The notes beneath the pieces are model-generated. The model had not been told where the DNA came from. It saw only the letters and a list, made by a program, of their open reading frames with translations, and made no database searches. A stretch of 64,000 nt of DNA from Blastocystis sp. Blastoise (lineage: Eukaryota; Protista; Bigyra: Opalinata), in assembly GCA_039096225.1 (NCBI GenBank), contig JBBPEB010000006.1:558001-622000 (forward strand), in the 5' to 3' direction. The number at the start of each line of letters is the position of its first letter. Within the stretch, counting starts at the first letter, position 1. This document shows positions 29,201-43,251 of this stretch, piece by piece. The position numbers were made by a program, and so were the translations under genes.

Positions 29201-32170
29201 TCAAATACTGAATAATAATTATAAATACGTAATGAATAATTATTATCATTATCATAATTCATTTGTGCATTTATAAATTGTCTAGGCAATATACATGATT
29301 GAATATGAATAGTGAGTATGTATTTATATTCAATACTAAATATAGACGTTGCACGTATAGTATAATCAATAGTCATTTCTGTTCCGTGAATAATACCATA
29401 TATAGAACCAGTATTAGTATTAAAAGTTATTCCATCAGGAAGAGAAGGAGTAATAGTAAAATCGTGATAATATTCAGCATTCATAAATGATATAGATATA
29501 GTAGTATTATCATAGGCAATATAAGGATTAGAAGAAGTAGATAAAGAAGGTAATGTGTCAGAAGTAATATCATCGACAAATAATTCAATTTCACCAATAT
29601 AATATCGCGTTGTAGGTTCATGAAAGTAATCATTAGCAAATGTAAATTCTAATGTATTGATTCCAGAATAAACATCTGAAAGGAAGAAACATTTTCTATA
29701 ATATTCATAAGGATAATTAGATCCATCAGAAACAGTTGAATGAATATGACGATTTCCATTTACATCTATAGATTCTACTGTCCATGATTTAGGACTATCA
29801 TAAAAAATACCTAAAGAGATAGTTACACAGTACCTATTTATATATTTATGTCCATCTTTACTTCTAATTGACACAATCGGATTTATAGAATTTTGATTAC
29901 AATACATATAGGTATCTTTATGCGGATTTATATCCATAATATATTTTGCATATTGTGTCCCACAATTATTAATAGTAATATCATAATCACCATAAACTGG
30001 AAGATTATTATCTACAACCATAAGAAGAGAAGCATCGAATGATATATCAATTATATGTTGCTTATCAAATAGTAATACAGAAATAGTAATAGTTTCTTGA
30101 TTGTCAAATAGAGAGAGAGGACCTGTTGCTGTTTGTTCTATAATAGCAGAGGCATCTGTTAAATCAAAATATCCATCTATAAATCCATGTGTTGCGAGTT
30201 CATGATTATTTATAAAAATCTTTGTATTTGATACTGTTTTATAACTTAATATAAAGTATTTTTGATTAACAATAGAAGGAGTATTAATAGTTTTACGGAA
30301 TACAAAATACTGATTCGTAGCAGTAGGAGTAATAGCAGTACCACCATTAATAGTAGGCCAAGTAGAATCATCAACAGAAGATCCATACCATTCTGTAGGT
30401 ATAGAATTATAACAATTATATTTCCATTCAGATTTCATTAACATAGAATATTTAGTATTAATATAATATGTTTCATGAGACTTATATATAGTTCTCATTT
30501 TAGTTACAGGAATAGATGTGCTACTAAGATCATCTATGACATATAATGTCATAATTGAGTCATCATTCCAAATACCACTAGTTTCTTTTATTAATTCAAA
30601 TGACCAAGTACCTACAGGACCATAATAATCATAATTCTGGTTTAAATTATTTCCTTGGGTTAAAGATGATATTTCATTTCCATCTTCTGATTTAATGATA
30701 ACTTTTTCATAAGAAGCATCATATGTTGTACTTCTATTAACACGTATATGTGAACAACTAATAGGATGACATAATATTTGAAGATTAAATATATAAGTAT
30801 TTGAAGAACTACCATCTACGCCAAAATTATAAGAAAGAGTATATTGAGTATTTACAACTTCTTTAGGATTACCAGAAAGAATACCATTAGAAGATAGAGT
30901 TAAACCAGTAGGTAAATCAGTAGATAGAACACAATTCGATAATGAAAGGGATAATACAGCAGAGAAATCAATAGATTGATTCTCTTCAAAGGCATTCATA
31001 GTATATTGAGGGATATCCTGTAGTCTTCGAGAGGCAAGCATAGAGAGGGTATCTATAGAATCTATAATATATATATATATTATTATTATGTATATACCTT
31101 TAGAATTCGAAATATAGGTGAGAGCATCAAAAGAAGAAAGAAGTTCAGGATGATCAACAGTAGTATGTGTTTCAATAGCTATTTTTAATGTTGTAAGAGA
31201 AACAGAGGAAGCAAGTAATTCTTTAGGAACGATAATACTATATATACTATAGAGTAATGTTAACATTATATATACTGTTTATAAGTAGGAACATCTTCAA
31301 GAGATTGAGAAGGAGTATATTGAGTGGTATTTGAGGATCTATATATAAATTTATGTTTATTAAATATTATAAAAATAAATATACTCTGGTAATAAATATG
31401 TATACATTTGAATTCCATTTACATAAACAATAAATCCACTTTGACTTTGAATAGATAATTGAAGAACACTAAATGAATCATCTATAGTTATATCCTTTCT
31501 AAAATAAACACTAGAACCAGCATTCTTTATTTCTTTATTCTTATAGTCTTCACCCCATTCTTCTATCTTATTTTCCTTCCAAGAAGCAGCATCAACAGTA
31601 GTGGAATATTTCCAATGCATTCTTGAAGAAAGTAGAGAAGATACTATATAAAATATATATAAATATATATATTAATAAAATATACGATTAAATTTTATGA
31701 TTTTCTTTCCATTGTCATCAGCATTTACACGAGAGTTGACGAGAATTATTTTATTATACATCAAGCTAACAAAAGAGCCATCAATCCAAGCAGAAGAATT
31801 CCTAAAAAATTACTATACATTAACAAAAAAATAAAATACATTGAAGATAGTTCAAGACTATAATTGGTATTTCCATCCAAGCAGACTTTGTAATCAACTA
31901 CAGAGTCTTGAGAATCAATAGATTCATCATAGAAAGCAAGACTATTTCTTAAATTAGTAGATTCGCCAGAATAAAGTTGAGTGATTTCACCAGCATTCTT
32001 CATATAATTTCTCTGAACAATAAGCTCTTGTTCATTACTAGAGCAAGCTTGAACACCTAAATAGTATAAGAATTAGAAACAATAATTCTATTTTAGTTCA
32101 AGAAAGACAAGCTAATAAACATACAATGAAGTGCAATCAAGCAATAGAAAATAATTATTGACACTTTCAT
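26206..32170 (-). CDS. Large secreted/surface protein, same family as 6385-13050
   Basis: Signal peptide MKVSIIIFYCLIALH; LPTGLTLSSNGILSGNP, PSLPDGITFNTNTGSIYG, PISFVLEGSNNHGNTWFQLD, CERDGLWPQT...CPQYYEGSYTRYC; no C-terminal TM seen. Confidence 0.8.
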
Positions 32171-33187
32171 CTATAAAAACAACTCGTTTATTTTTTAATA
32201 GAATATTTTAATTAATATGTAAGCTGTGGATTACATAAATGTCCTGATTGTTCTATTATATGGAGTATACCGATGCGTCCATCAGAGCAAACATTTTGGA
32301 ACAATAATAAACGGAATATTATTGGTTGCTTCATAGATATTGACCACTTGATTGGCGATTCCTATTTTACAATAATGAAATATTTAGATTCATACAAAGA
32401 TGAGTCTCTTTTATTTTACATTCACGGATATTTTTAAATTGATACCTACATTTGTGTGTATTTTTACGGGTATATTGATTTTGTAATTGAAAAGTATATT
32501 TTGGATTGTTTTCTTTTCGTTTATTTGAATAATCATTGAGTTTATTGTATTTGTTATGTGATAAAAAGATAATTTGATAGATTTCTCATAATAGTGAACC
32601 TTTATTTTAAGGAGGATAACAGAATTAAGAGGTATTTTATGCTAATATGTGTTTCTCCTTGTATAGAAATAAAAGAAATTTATTTGGTATGATCGTATTT
32701 TTTTGTATTTGTTTGTGCACACAATTATGAATAATAAAAGACTTGTTATGGAATAATTTGAAAGTCATAATGTTTGTAAACGATTTAATTTGTTATATAT
32801 AAGTAAATGAAATTTATATTGAGACATATTTTAATGATTCTGAAGAAGATAAAAACGTATTTGTCTCATTTTGTATTAAAAAGTACTATATTCTATTGAA
32901 TAACTCATTCTATCTTTATTGGAATATAATTTATCGTATCTAAAAATTAAACTGAGAACAATAATTAGTGTGATCAAAGAAATAATGTGTTAATTGCTTA
33001 CAATAAGATTGATGATTTATAACATAAATAGAGCAGCTCACAGATTCAGCACAAATAATTAGATAATTCATATTTAAATAGACAATATAAAGAATTAAAG
33101 AAGTTTTAAATAAAAGAAGAATAATGAATTCAGCAATACTCTGAAAAAAACTTACGAGTTCTCGACCATATACTGAAAGTAATGTTT

Positions 33188-33450
33188 ATATTCCAAGAGA
33201 GTTTTTCTATATTGTTTGAGAGCCTAAAAAAAACAGGGTCCACCAAACTGTTCCCTGGGAAAGAAGCGTATCCTAAGAGAGTTTATTTTTACGCCTTGAG
33301 ACGGCATGAGTGTCTGCCAGACTGTCTATATTGTACCCCAAGAGAATCTTCGTGGCGAACCCTGTTTTACTAAAAACATCCCAAAAAAAAACTTTTTATG
33401 AAAACTTTGTACTCCAAAAGAGTTTTTCATGGCGAACCCTGTTTCATTAA
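33188..33450. promoter_or_regulatory. Modular repeated elements upstream of the phosphate-transporter-like gene
   Basis: Four CCAAGAGAGTTTTT-like boxes and three TGGYGRACCCTGTTT boxes (one inverted) in a GC-richer patch; regulatory function is inferred. Confidence 0.4.
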
Positions 33451-33650
33451 AAAACCACAAATCATGCCTCTCAATTATTGGTTAGTCTAGTCATATTATC
33501 TAATGAGAATTCTTAGAAATGAGACATAATTGTTCCTGTTTCTTCTGTTTTATTTTGAAATGGCACATAATGAATCTTCAATTTATTTTAACGTTTTCAT
33601 AAACGGTATTTCATTTTATATTATTAATTCTTTATATTTTAAGATTTCCT

Positions 33651-36321
33651 ATGGATACTAAAACGCTTAGTCATCAAAATAGATCCAAAAATGTATGGGC
33701 TGCTTCTTTAAGTAACTTGATGAGTGGCTATAATCTGAATATCATCAATATTGTGGTTATTATTCTTGGTGAACTCTATGTATGATTATATGTTATATAT
33801 ATACAATTCATATTTACGTTCATTCTGTAAAGGGTCCAGAAGTAGTAAATACAGAGACAAAGGGAATATTATCAGCCTCTTCCCTTATTGGTTGTGTTCT
33901 TGGTCAACTTCTTTTTGGTTTTATTGGAGACTGGGTGGGTCGTAAAACTGGTTTATTGATCTGTAACATTCTTAATATTGTTGGTTGTATTGGGTGGTAT
34001 ATATTATAATTATTTAAATGTTTTAAATCATTAATTACTGAATAGTTTATTTTATTTCTATTTTTTTCTTTTTGTTTATAGTGCTCTTTCATTTTCTATT
34101 GGATCCTTTAGTTTTATTTGGTTTATTTTATTATGGAGAATTATCCTTGGTCTTGGAAATGGGGGTGTTTATCCTCTTTCTGCTGTAATTAGTGCTGAAA
34201 GTGCTGATTCAGGTAAAAAAGAATCAGTTGGTGCTTTTGTTTATTGTATTAATGGTGTTGGATGGGTATATTATATGTTTATTATTTTATTTATTAATTA
34301 TTTTATTTATTATTTATTATTTATTTATATTTATTATTTATATCTTATTTTATTTATTATTTATTATTTATTTATTTATTATTTATTATTTATTTATTTA
34401 TATTTATTATTATTTATTATAGTACATTTCCTTTAGTTCATAAATATATGTCTTTATCATCATATATATTTTTTTACTGTTTATTTTTGTATATAAATAA
34501 TAGTTATATATATATACATATACATAGATGATATCTCCAATGATTGCTTGGATTTTATTGGAAATATTTCCAGATAATAATAGTAGAGAATATGTTTGGA
34601 GAGGTTTATGTTGTATATATATATATATATGTTTATATAATAATAATAATTATTATTATTATTCTATATATATATAGTAATAGGTGCCTTACCTTGTATT
34701 GCTGTTTTATGTATTCAAAGTACAGAAACAGGTATAAAGATGAAAAATGCACAAAAAGAAGATGTATATATATCTATATATAGATATATATAGATATATA
34801 TAGATATATATATATTTATATACCTCTTATAGAATTCCTAGATATCGTCAATATTATTATTGTTTTTTCTTAATTATAATATATATATATATAGCGTCCT
34901 TCTTTATTTACTTTACTTCGTCAAAAGGAGAATATCCCGCGGTTATTAGGTACTGGTGGTAGTTGGTTTATTTTTGATATTAATGTATATAGCTCTATTT
35001 ATATATAACTTTATTCTTTTATTATGAATAATAATTCATTTTTCTTATCATACACCTTATCCTTCATCCTTCATTTCCCTCCATTTCTCTTATTTTCCCT
35101 CCTTCTCTCCCTAGTCGTTATTTCCATCCATATTCATTCTTCATTAACTCATTCTTTTATGAATATTTATACATGTAATTGTATATTCCATTATCAAATT
35201 TTATATATATATACAAAATATATATATATTTTTTCTTTTATATACGATATATATATACTATGTTTAATATAAGAATTGTCAACTATATATCTATCCAATA
35301 GTGTTATGGACAAGCCATTTTTGCTACTACTGTTGTTGAATGTATATTTCATTCGACAAATGATTCGATATTAGAAGCTAAATCATTAACGTTATTTAAT
35401 GGAATTGCTTTAATTGGATCTATTGCTGCTATTCCTTTTATTAAATATATGGGATTAAAAGTAACACAAGTTCAAGTATATTATTATATTTATTATTATT
35501 TTGTTTATTATTAATATTTTGTTTATGATTATAGGGATTTATTATTATTATTATTATTATATTTATTATTATATTTATTATTATTTTGTTTATTATTATA
35601 GGGATTTATATGTAGAAGTATTTTATTTTTTATTTGTGCTATCTTTATCAATTCCATTGAAAACAATCCTATGCTTCTAGTTACAATGTATATATATATA
35701 TAATATAATTGATATATATATATCAATTATATCTTCTCATATATCAATACTAATAGTGCCATTAATTATTTACTTTATATATATAGTTATTCAGCTACAT
35801 TCTTTTGGTCTAACTTTGGTCCTGGTACTACAACATTCTTATTACCTGCTGCTGTTTTCCCCGCGGAAATACGTGCAACTATGAATGGATTTGCTGCTGC
35901 ATTAGGGAAAGTCGGCGCTGCATTAGGAGCTTATGGTTATGAAGCACTCATTCATAATGGAGGCAAAGAATCTACTGTATATTATTATATATAATCTATA
36001 TATTATTATATATAATCTATATATTATTATATATAATCTATATATTATTACGTTTATTATTATAAATAATAATAATATTATATCTATGTCCTTATATATA
36101 TAATACATGTATAGGTTATGTATATATCTGGTAGTTTAGCTTTTGCTGCTTGTATACTGACTATTATCTTTATTAATAAGAATATTGATATAGAAGCAAA
36201 AGAGAATCGAAAGAAATTATGTCATTCTTATGTTCATGATGATGATACGATAACAGAAGATCTTGTTGATAAAAATCTTAGTATACATGATGGTATTACG
36301 ATTATTGTAGAACAACAATAA
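33651..36321 (+). CDS. MFS phosphate:H+ symporter family (Pho84/PHT1-like), multi-exon
   Basis: [88 protein letters not shown]. Confidence 0.85.
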
Positions 36322-36588
36322 TATTCATTATATATTAATAAATTTTATTGTTTTTTTATTTATATATTTATTTATATGGATTACAATACTATGAGTTGAA
36401 TATACTATTTGTAATGTTATTAATGAGTATTTAGAGTAATAAATCATAAATTTAAAAAAATAGTTGTTGTTTTTCTTTTTGTATATTTGTATATTGTCAA
36501 AAAACAAGACAAATTAGATGCATTTCAATTTATATTCAAAAATAAACTATTGGTACAAGATATATATATATATAGAATAAAATAAGAT

Positions 36589-38295
36589 TTAATATAAAGT
36601 CATTAAGAAAGCTTTATATAAAGCCATAAATTTCGCAATAAATGCTTCTATATGTATAATTTCTTTATTAGCTTCTCTTAATCGATGATCATAATAAGCA
36701 GCCCAATAAACAGCATCTACTTTCAAATCTTCATCACCACATTTCTTTAATAATTCTTTCATTAACTGTTTTATTATAATATTCGCGGGAATACAATTAC
36801 CTAATAAATCATATAATTTTTCTCTTTGTTTTAATAAACACTATAAAATAATTTTATTATTATTATGTTTATTATGATATGATTATGATTGTGATTATTA
36901 TTGTGAGTATGATTATATTTATGATTATATTTATGATGATGATGATTATTATTATTATTATTATGATTATTATTATGATTATATACCTGTGGACTTTGTT
37001 CTTGAACTATTTCTGTAGCCATAGTTAAAATATATTGTTCCCAATCCATAAGAGGGATATCCATATTATTATCCAATGGATTACGAACTTTTGAGAGGGT
37101 TTCGAGGGTTAATATAGCACGTCGAATATTACGATGAGAAGCCTATATATATATTATTATTATTATTAGTATTATTATTCTGATTATTATTTATTATTAT
37201 TATGCTGACTATTAATAAACTCATAATTATATTTTTAATTATAGTTATTATATATATTATATAATATATATATAAACAATATACTTGAGCTATACGTGTT
37301 GCTAATACAGGAGGAAGAGTAACTCGTTCATATCGGCTTACTTCATTTAATACATTAACTACCTATATATATATTATAGTAATATAAATAGTAAAAAAGA
37401 ATAAAAATAAGAACAAAAAGTATTCATACATAATACTAATATCAGAAAACAAGTAGTATTAAAATATTCCTATGAATATAGAATCAATATACTTCTTGAT
37501 TTGAAGGTGCAGATAAACGTATATTTAAACATCTACTCTTTACAGGATCAATAACACGCCCTGGATTTTCACAACATAATATTAATCGACAACTTGAAGT
37601 ATATTTTTCCATAGTTCTTCTTAAAGCTGCTTGAGCATTTCGAGATAAATTATCTACTTCATTTAATACTACAACTATATATATAATTAATTTCGTATCA
37701 TTTTATAAATCAGTTGATAATATTAAACGCTTAATAAATATATATTTTTAATAAATACTTTTAAAAGAATGTTTTGCATTAGCATCTATTTGTTTAAATT
37801 GAGCAATTTCTTTTATAACTTCTTGAATAACAAGACAATCATTTAATCCTGCATCACTAGGATTTAACTCAATATGATAATTACTTGCAAGAGTCGTAAT
37901 TTCAATAGTTTTTCCAGAATTGTTCTATATATACAATTAAACAAACATAAAACATATTTTCATATTCATTTGATATTTTTTTTAAATATATTTAAAATTA
38001 ATTAAAATAAATATGTCATAAATACCTTGAATTCTTTATGTTCAAGACGAATCTATAAAAAATACAAACAATTTAGATTATTATATAATATTCAGAATAC
38101 CTTCTCAGTTCCACTACCATATATCTCTCTTATAAAAGCACTAATTCTGGTTTTTTTACCTGCACCTGAAGGACCATAGAAAAGAATATGAGGAATGTTC
38201 TCGCTCATAGCCATTTTCTTTAGATTATTGGATAAATCTTTGTGAAAAGTCATTGCATCCAATGTTTTCGGTTTATATGTATCGACCCAGAGCAT
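36589..38295 (-). CDS. RFC3: Replication factor C subunit (human RFC3 / yeast Rfc5)
   Basis: MLWVDTYKP, PHILFYGPSGAGKKT, ASNYHIELNPSDAG, LNEVDNLSRNAQAALRRTMEKY, PVKSRCLNIR, MDWEQYI, YDLLGNCIP, IIHIEAFIAKFM. Confidence 0.95.
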
Positions 38296-38496
38296 TAGAG
38301 TAGCGGCGTTTATATAAATATGGTGTAATATGAAGAAAAACAGACAAAGGTCTTGAAAATGTTTGAAAAGACCCACCGAAAAATATTCTCAATAATAATT
38401 CAAAATGAGCTTTGCCAATTAAAATAATCATGGAAAGAAAAACAAATAGACAATTTCTGTTTGTTTATTTGTTTTTGTATTTTGAAATAGGAAATA

Positions 38497-39772
38497 ATGT
38501 CTGCTCGTCAAATCAAACGACTTATGGCTTTACAAGCTCAGAATAATGTAGATGAGGAAGAGAATGAAGAAAGCGAAGAAGAAGAAGAATGTATTATTAA
38601 GCCAAAAAAGTCTGCATTTGCTGCATTGATGTCAAGTTCATCCTCTGAAGAAGAAGATGACAGTGAATCATCTGAAGAAAGTACATCAGAAGATGATGAT
38701 TCAGAGCCTGTAGAAGAAGTGAAAGTGGCTTATAAGCCTGTATATATTATTTATATATATATTCTGTATAATATATATTAGAAATTCAATACTAATAAAA
38801 AGAATAAGAAAAATAATAAAAAGTATTATATTTTCTTTTTTATATAATTAGTTTACTCTTTATTTTTATAGGAAGGTTAGTCCAAAAGGGTCTAATGATG
38901 TTTTTGATCAAGTTCTTGATGAATTCAAAGAACAAATGAATAAAGATAGTATTGAAAATGATAAGAAGAATAAAAGTAAATCAACTTATGAAGAATCTGA
39001 ACTTGATAGTACTTTTATTAACTTAAAATCTGTTTTAAATATCAATAAAAAGTATGAAAAATATTTTATTTTATTTTTATCTGTTTTTTTTTTAATAAAG
39101 AAATATGAATGATACTGAAGAATTAAAGCTAAGATTCGGAGATATTGCTGTCAATCAAATTGAAGAAGATAATCATAGATCTAGACGTTATATTAATAGA
39201 AGAACTTATACTCGTAGACGTAATTATTTCTTAATGACTCCGACTCCTCAGAACTTTTGTCCGCCTTCTTATATGGCGGGAGGTATCGATTTATCACGTA
39301 CTTCTAATACTCATCCCTTTGACTCTTTATGTATATATTATTATTATTATTATTATTATTATGTTTATTATGTTTATTATTATTATTATTATATTTATTT
39401 ATTATTAATTTGTTTTGATTTATTGTCATGTGTAGTTTTCCCCCGTGATTATGATCGTAACAGTATTCCTTATAGTCTTCGTTATTCACCTGAATATATG
39501 CGTTTACAAGAGGCTTATGATGATTTATCACTTACTTTTGATTATAATACTGTTATTCAATTCTTTGCCGCAAACTCTTACCATCTTGATAGTGCACTTG
39601 CTGTATATATATATATATATTAATCATAGTTATCATTATCATAATAGTCATTATCTTAATCATAACCATTATTCTTATATATATATATATATAGAGTTGT
39701 GAGATCTTTTTAACTACTGGACAAGTAGATGAAGCTACAAAGGTACTTCGACAGTATATATTTATATATATA

Positions 39773-39826
<54 letters not shown>

Positions 39827-39855
39827 GTAATATTTATTATTTCAATTATGCTGAC

Positions 39856-39886
<31 letters not shown>

Positions 39887-41627
39887 TATTATTATTATTA
39901 TATAGAGTATTATATATTATTGAAAATACTTGGGAATTAACATTTGATGTCGATTCTGCAAATAATCGTATTTATAACAATAATAAACAAGATAAGTATA
40001 TATATATATATAATTCTATTCATTAACTACTCCTTTTTATTCCCTTATATTATTATATTATCATTATACAATACTATTCTTTCACGATTATCTGTATATA
40101 TGTTTTATTCTATATATATATAGGAGTATTTTCAGAGCTTTCTTTTTATATATGTTTTTATCCTCGAGAAAAGGTTGTTATTATACTGCATTTGAAATCT
40201 GTAAATTACTTTGGAGTCTAGATCCACAATTAGACCAACAAGGAGCTATTCTATTACTAGGTATTTATTTAATACTATATTATTATTAATATTATTATTA
40301 TTATTGATATTTTATATTTTAGATATTTTTTTTATAATTATTTATTTATAGATTATTATGCTATTTCTTCTAATAAAACTCAATTCATTATAAAATTCTG
40401 TGAAAATCAACCTTCAATTTATCTTGGTATATATTCTATAATACTTTATAGAATAATAAACTAATTCTATATATATGTAATATAATAATTTATAAAATGA
40501 TAAACTAATTCTATATATATATATTATATAATACTTTATAAAATGATGAATTAATTCTATATATATATATATAGGTCATATATCTCTTCTTCACCTTCCT
40601 AATTGGTCTTATTCTTATGCTATGGCATTATTTAGAGAAGGAGCTACGAATAAAGCAAAAAAACAATTAAAAGAAGCTTTAATTACTTTCCCTCAAGTTC
40701 TTTTAAAGATGAAAGATAAATTAAAGGTATATATATATATATGACTTAATTATAATTTTATATTTTATTTTTATTATGAATTAAGAATCATGAATATATA
40801 TATATATATATATATAGAATCTTAATAATTCTTTAATCCATGATGATTTATTAGATTCGTCTCCTTTTTGTATTCCTTCTCAAAACGATATTGTTGATAA
40901 ACTTATGAATATTTATGTTAATAGAAACTTTGTTATTTGGCAAGATAAACAAGTATTTATTATATATATTTATTATACATAATTAATTAATAAATAATTT
41001 GTATATAATATATTGAAACAAATATATTCATAAATAAATAATTAATATATAAACACTATATATAGTTTTTATCCCTGTTTAATTCAGTAGCTCAAGAAGT
41101 TATATCTGAATTTGATTTAAGTAAATATACTGAAATTCAAGAAGATATTGAAAGAGAATATGATTGTCAAAAGAAAGCAAATGAAGAACTAGCTCCTTTA
41201 GGATTTGGACATTTCTTTAATTGTAATCCATCCTGTATATATATATATATATATATGTTATTATTATTGTAAAAATAATTATAATTATAATTATTAATAT
41301 ATAATTTATTATGCTATTTATAATCGTCTTAAAAATAATATTTTATAATGTGTCTCTTTCTTTTTTATAACATAACATAACATAATATATATTTCCTATT
41401 AAATGATCATGAATACAATTTCTTCTTTTCTTATAGATTTTACTGATGAATTACCTCATATTGATATAAATGAGTTATTTATGGATAATGCAAGAGACCG
41501 TATGCATATACCTACAAACTTACCTTTAGATCATAATGCATTAGCTCTATTTATTGAAAGTTTAGCTCCATGGTATAATGCTAATGAAACAAATGATATT
41601 GAAAATGGACATCATCTTGAAGAATAA
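38497..41627 (+). CDS. TCF25: TCF25/Rqc1 (ribosome quality control), multi-exon
   Basis: MSARQIKRL, acidic N-terminus, YSPEYMRLQ, YHLDSAL, RKGCYYTAFEICKLLWSLDP, LLLDYYA, LPNWSYSYAMALF, FIESLAPW. Confidence 0.88.
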
Positions 41628-43251
41628 TCATTATATATTATTATTATGTTGTTGTTTCTTTTCCAAATAAAATGAGTTTTTTAATATTATAACAAATTTA
41701 TTTATATTAAACAAATTAATTTATATTAACTCAATTATATTTATTTATTTCAACAATAAATTTATACTATTATTTTATTTCAATAACAAAATACTATATT
41801 GATTTTTAACAATAACAAACAATATTAAAATAATTTTAACACATTAAATATAACATAAAATAGTTCATTTTTCTAATGATTGAGATATACTCCTTTGATT
41901 ATCTATAGCCATATATATTTAATAAACATATATATATATACGAGGACTTGTATTATCTTTTTTACTAACTTTTGCACAAAATATATATTCATCATCAAAA
42001 GAATAATCTTGATTGATTTGCCCATAACTAATACTGTTTATTTCAAAAAGTATATATGAAACTACTCAATAGCTTTCTTTTTGCCAAATAAGTATTCATT
42101 TTGTTTTTCTTGTTGTTCGTCGTAATCAACTGCATTCTGCCTGTTTCTAAATATAGTATTATCATCAAAACTTTCTGTATATCTTGGAATTTCTATATAA
42201 ATAAAATTTATGCATTAATAAACTGTTTTAACAACATACCCATTCTTTTTTCTTTTTCTCACTATATTCTTATTAAACTATTCAAATAAAACATTAAAAT
42301 ACTATTCATAGAACTCAATCAAAATTCAAACATTATAGAATCACAGTATCTCTTATTCATTGCGATACTGAAAAAAAAACGAAGATTTACGTACAAAAGC
42401 AACGAAGATCATTATAATGACTTTTACTATCTATCAACAGACTTTTTCTCATTATAGAACACAAGATATCTTGTAAGAAAGGATCAATTGAATTGAAACA
42501 TGTTTTGAAGTCATGAATTTAGGAAAGATAACTACTCCTATAATAATTATAAATTGATGAACTTTACAAAATACATTTTTGAACAATAAAAGAACCTTCT
42601 GCCTTTTAGAAAAGATAGAAAACAAGCTTTTGAAAAGAAATAATTTTTTTTATTTTTTATAAGATTGCTAACTTTTATACAATTTTTAAATAATTCTAGT
42701 AGCCAACTCTTTTATAAAGTCAAATCTTCATGCACTGAGTTGATAATAAAAATTTTAAAAAAGTAAAAATTTTCAAACACATCAAGTAAATGAAAAAGCT
42801 TTCAGTATTTATAGCGATATACCAACAATAGAATTCACAGTAGATATCATAATTTCAAGTTACTTTGTCATTCATATCGAAAAACAAAAAAATCCAAAAA
42901 TATCTTCAAATAGGATTTGTTGTTATGTGTTTTTCCTAATGTGTTTAATAAGAATTTTCAAGAAATATCTATCAATTTCTAAGAGAATTCTCGTTTTTTC
43001 GAGAATAGACACAATTAAATAATCGTGATAATCTTTAAAAGATGACTGGATATGATAAAAAAATAATATCTAAAAACAACAAAAAAATCAAATTTCTTTT
43101 TTTCATAACATTTGTGTCGACCAAAACCGAATTGTTCATAACTTGTATTTTTTTTTAATTATTATCCACATATTATTTTTTCCATTTTCTTATTGATTTC
43201 TTTAGTCAATTTCTTTTGTTTTATTTTTTATTAATAAAATAAACTCATCAA

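Noticed and set aside
33188-33450. CRISPR-like spacing (66-79 bp) of short repeats
   Set aside because: Repeats are short and degenerate, the spacers share sequence, there are no cas genes and the context is eukaryotic. ORF 33182..33373 has no recognisable protein features.
41900-42300. Coding-like stretch between TCF25 and ABCC
   Set aside because: Multiple stops and no recognisable domain; I cannot support a gene call.
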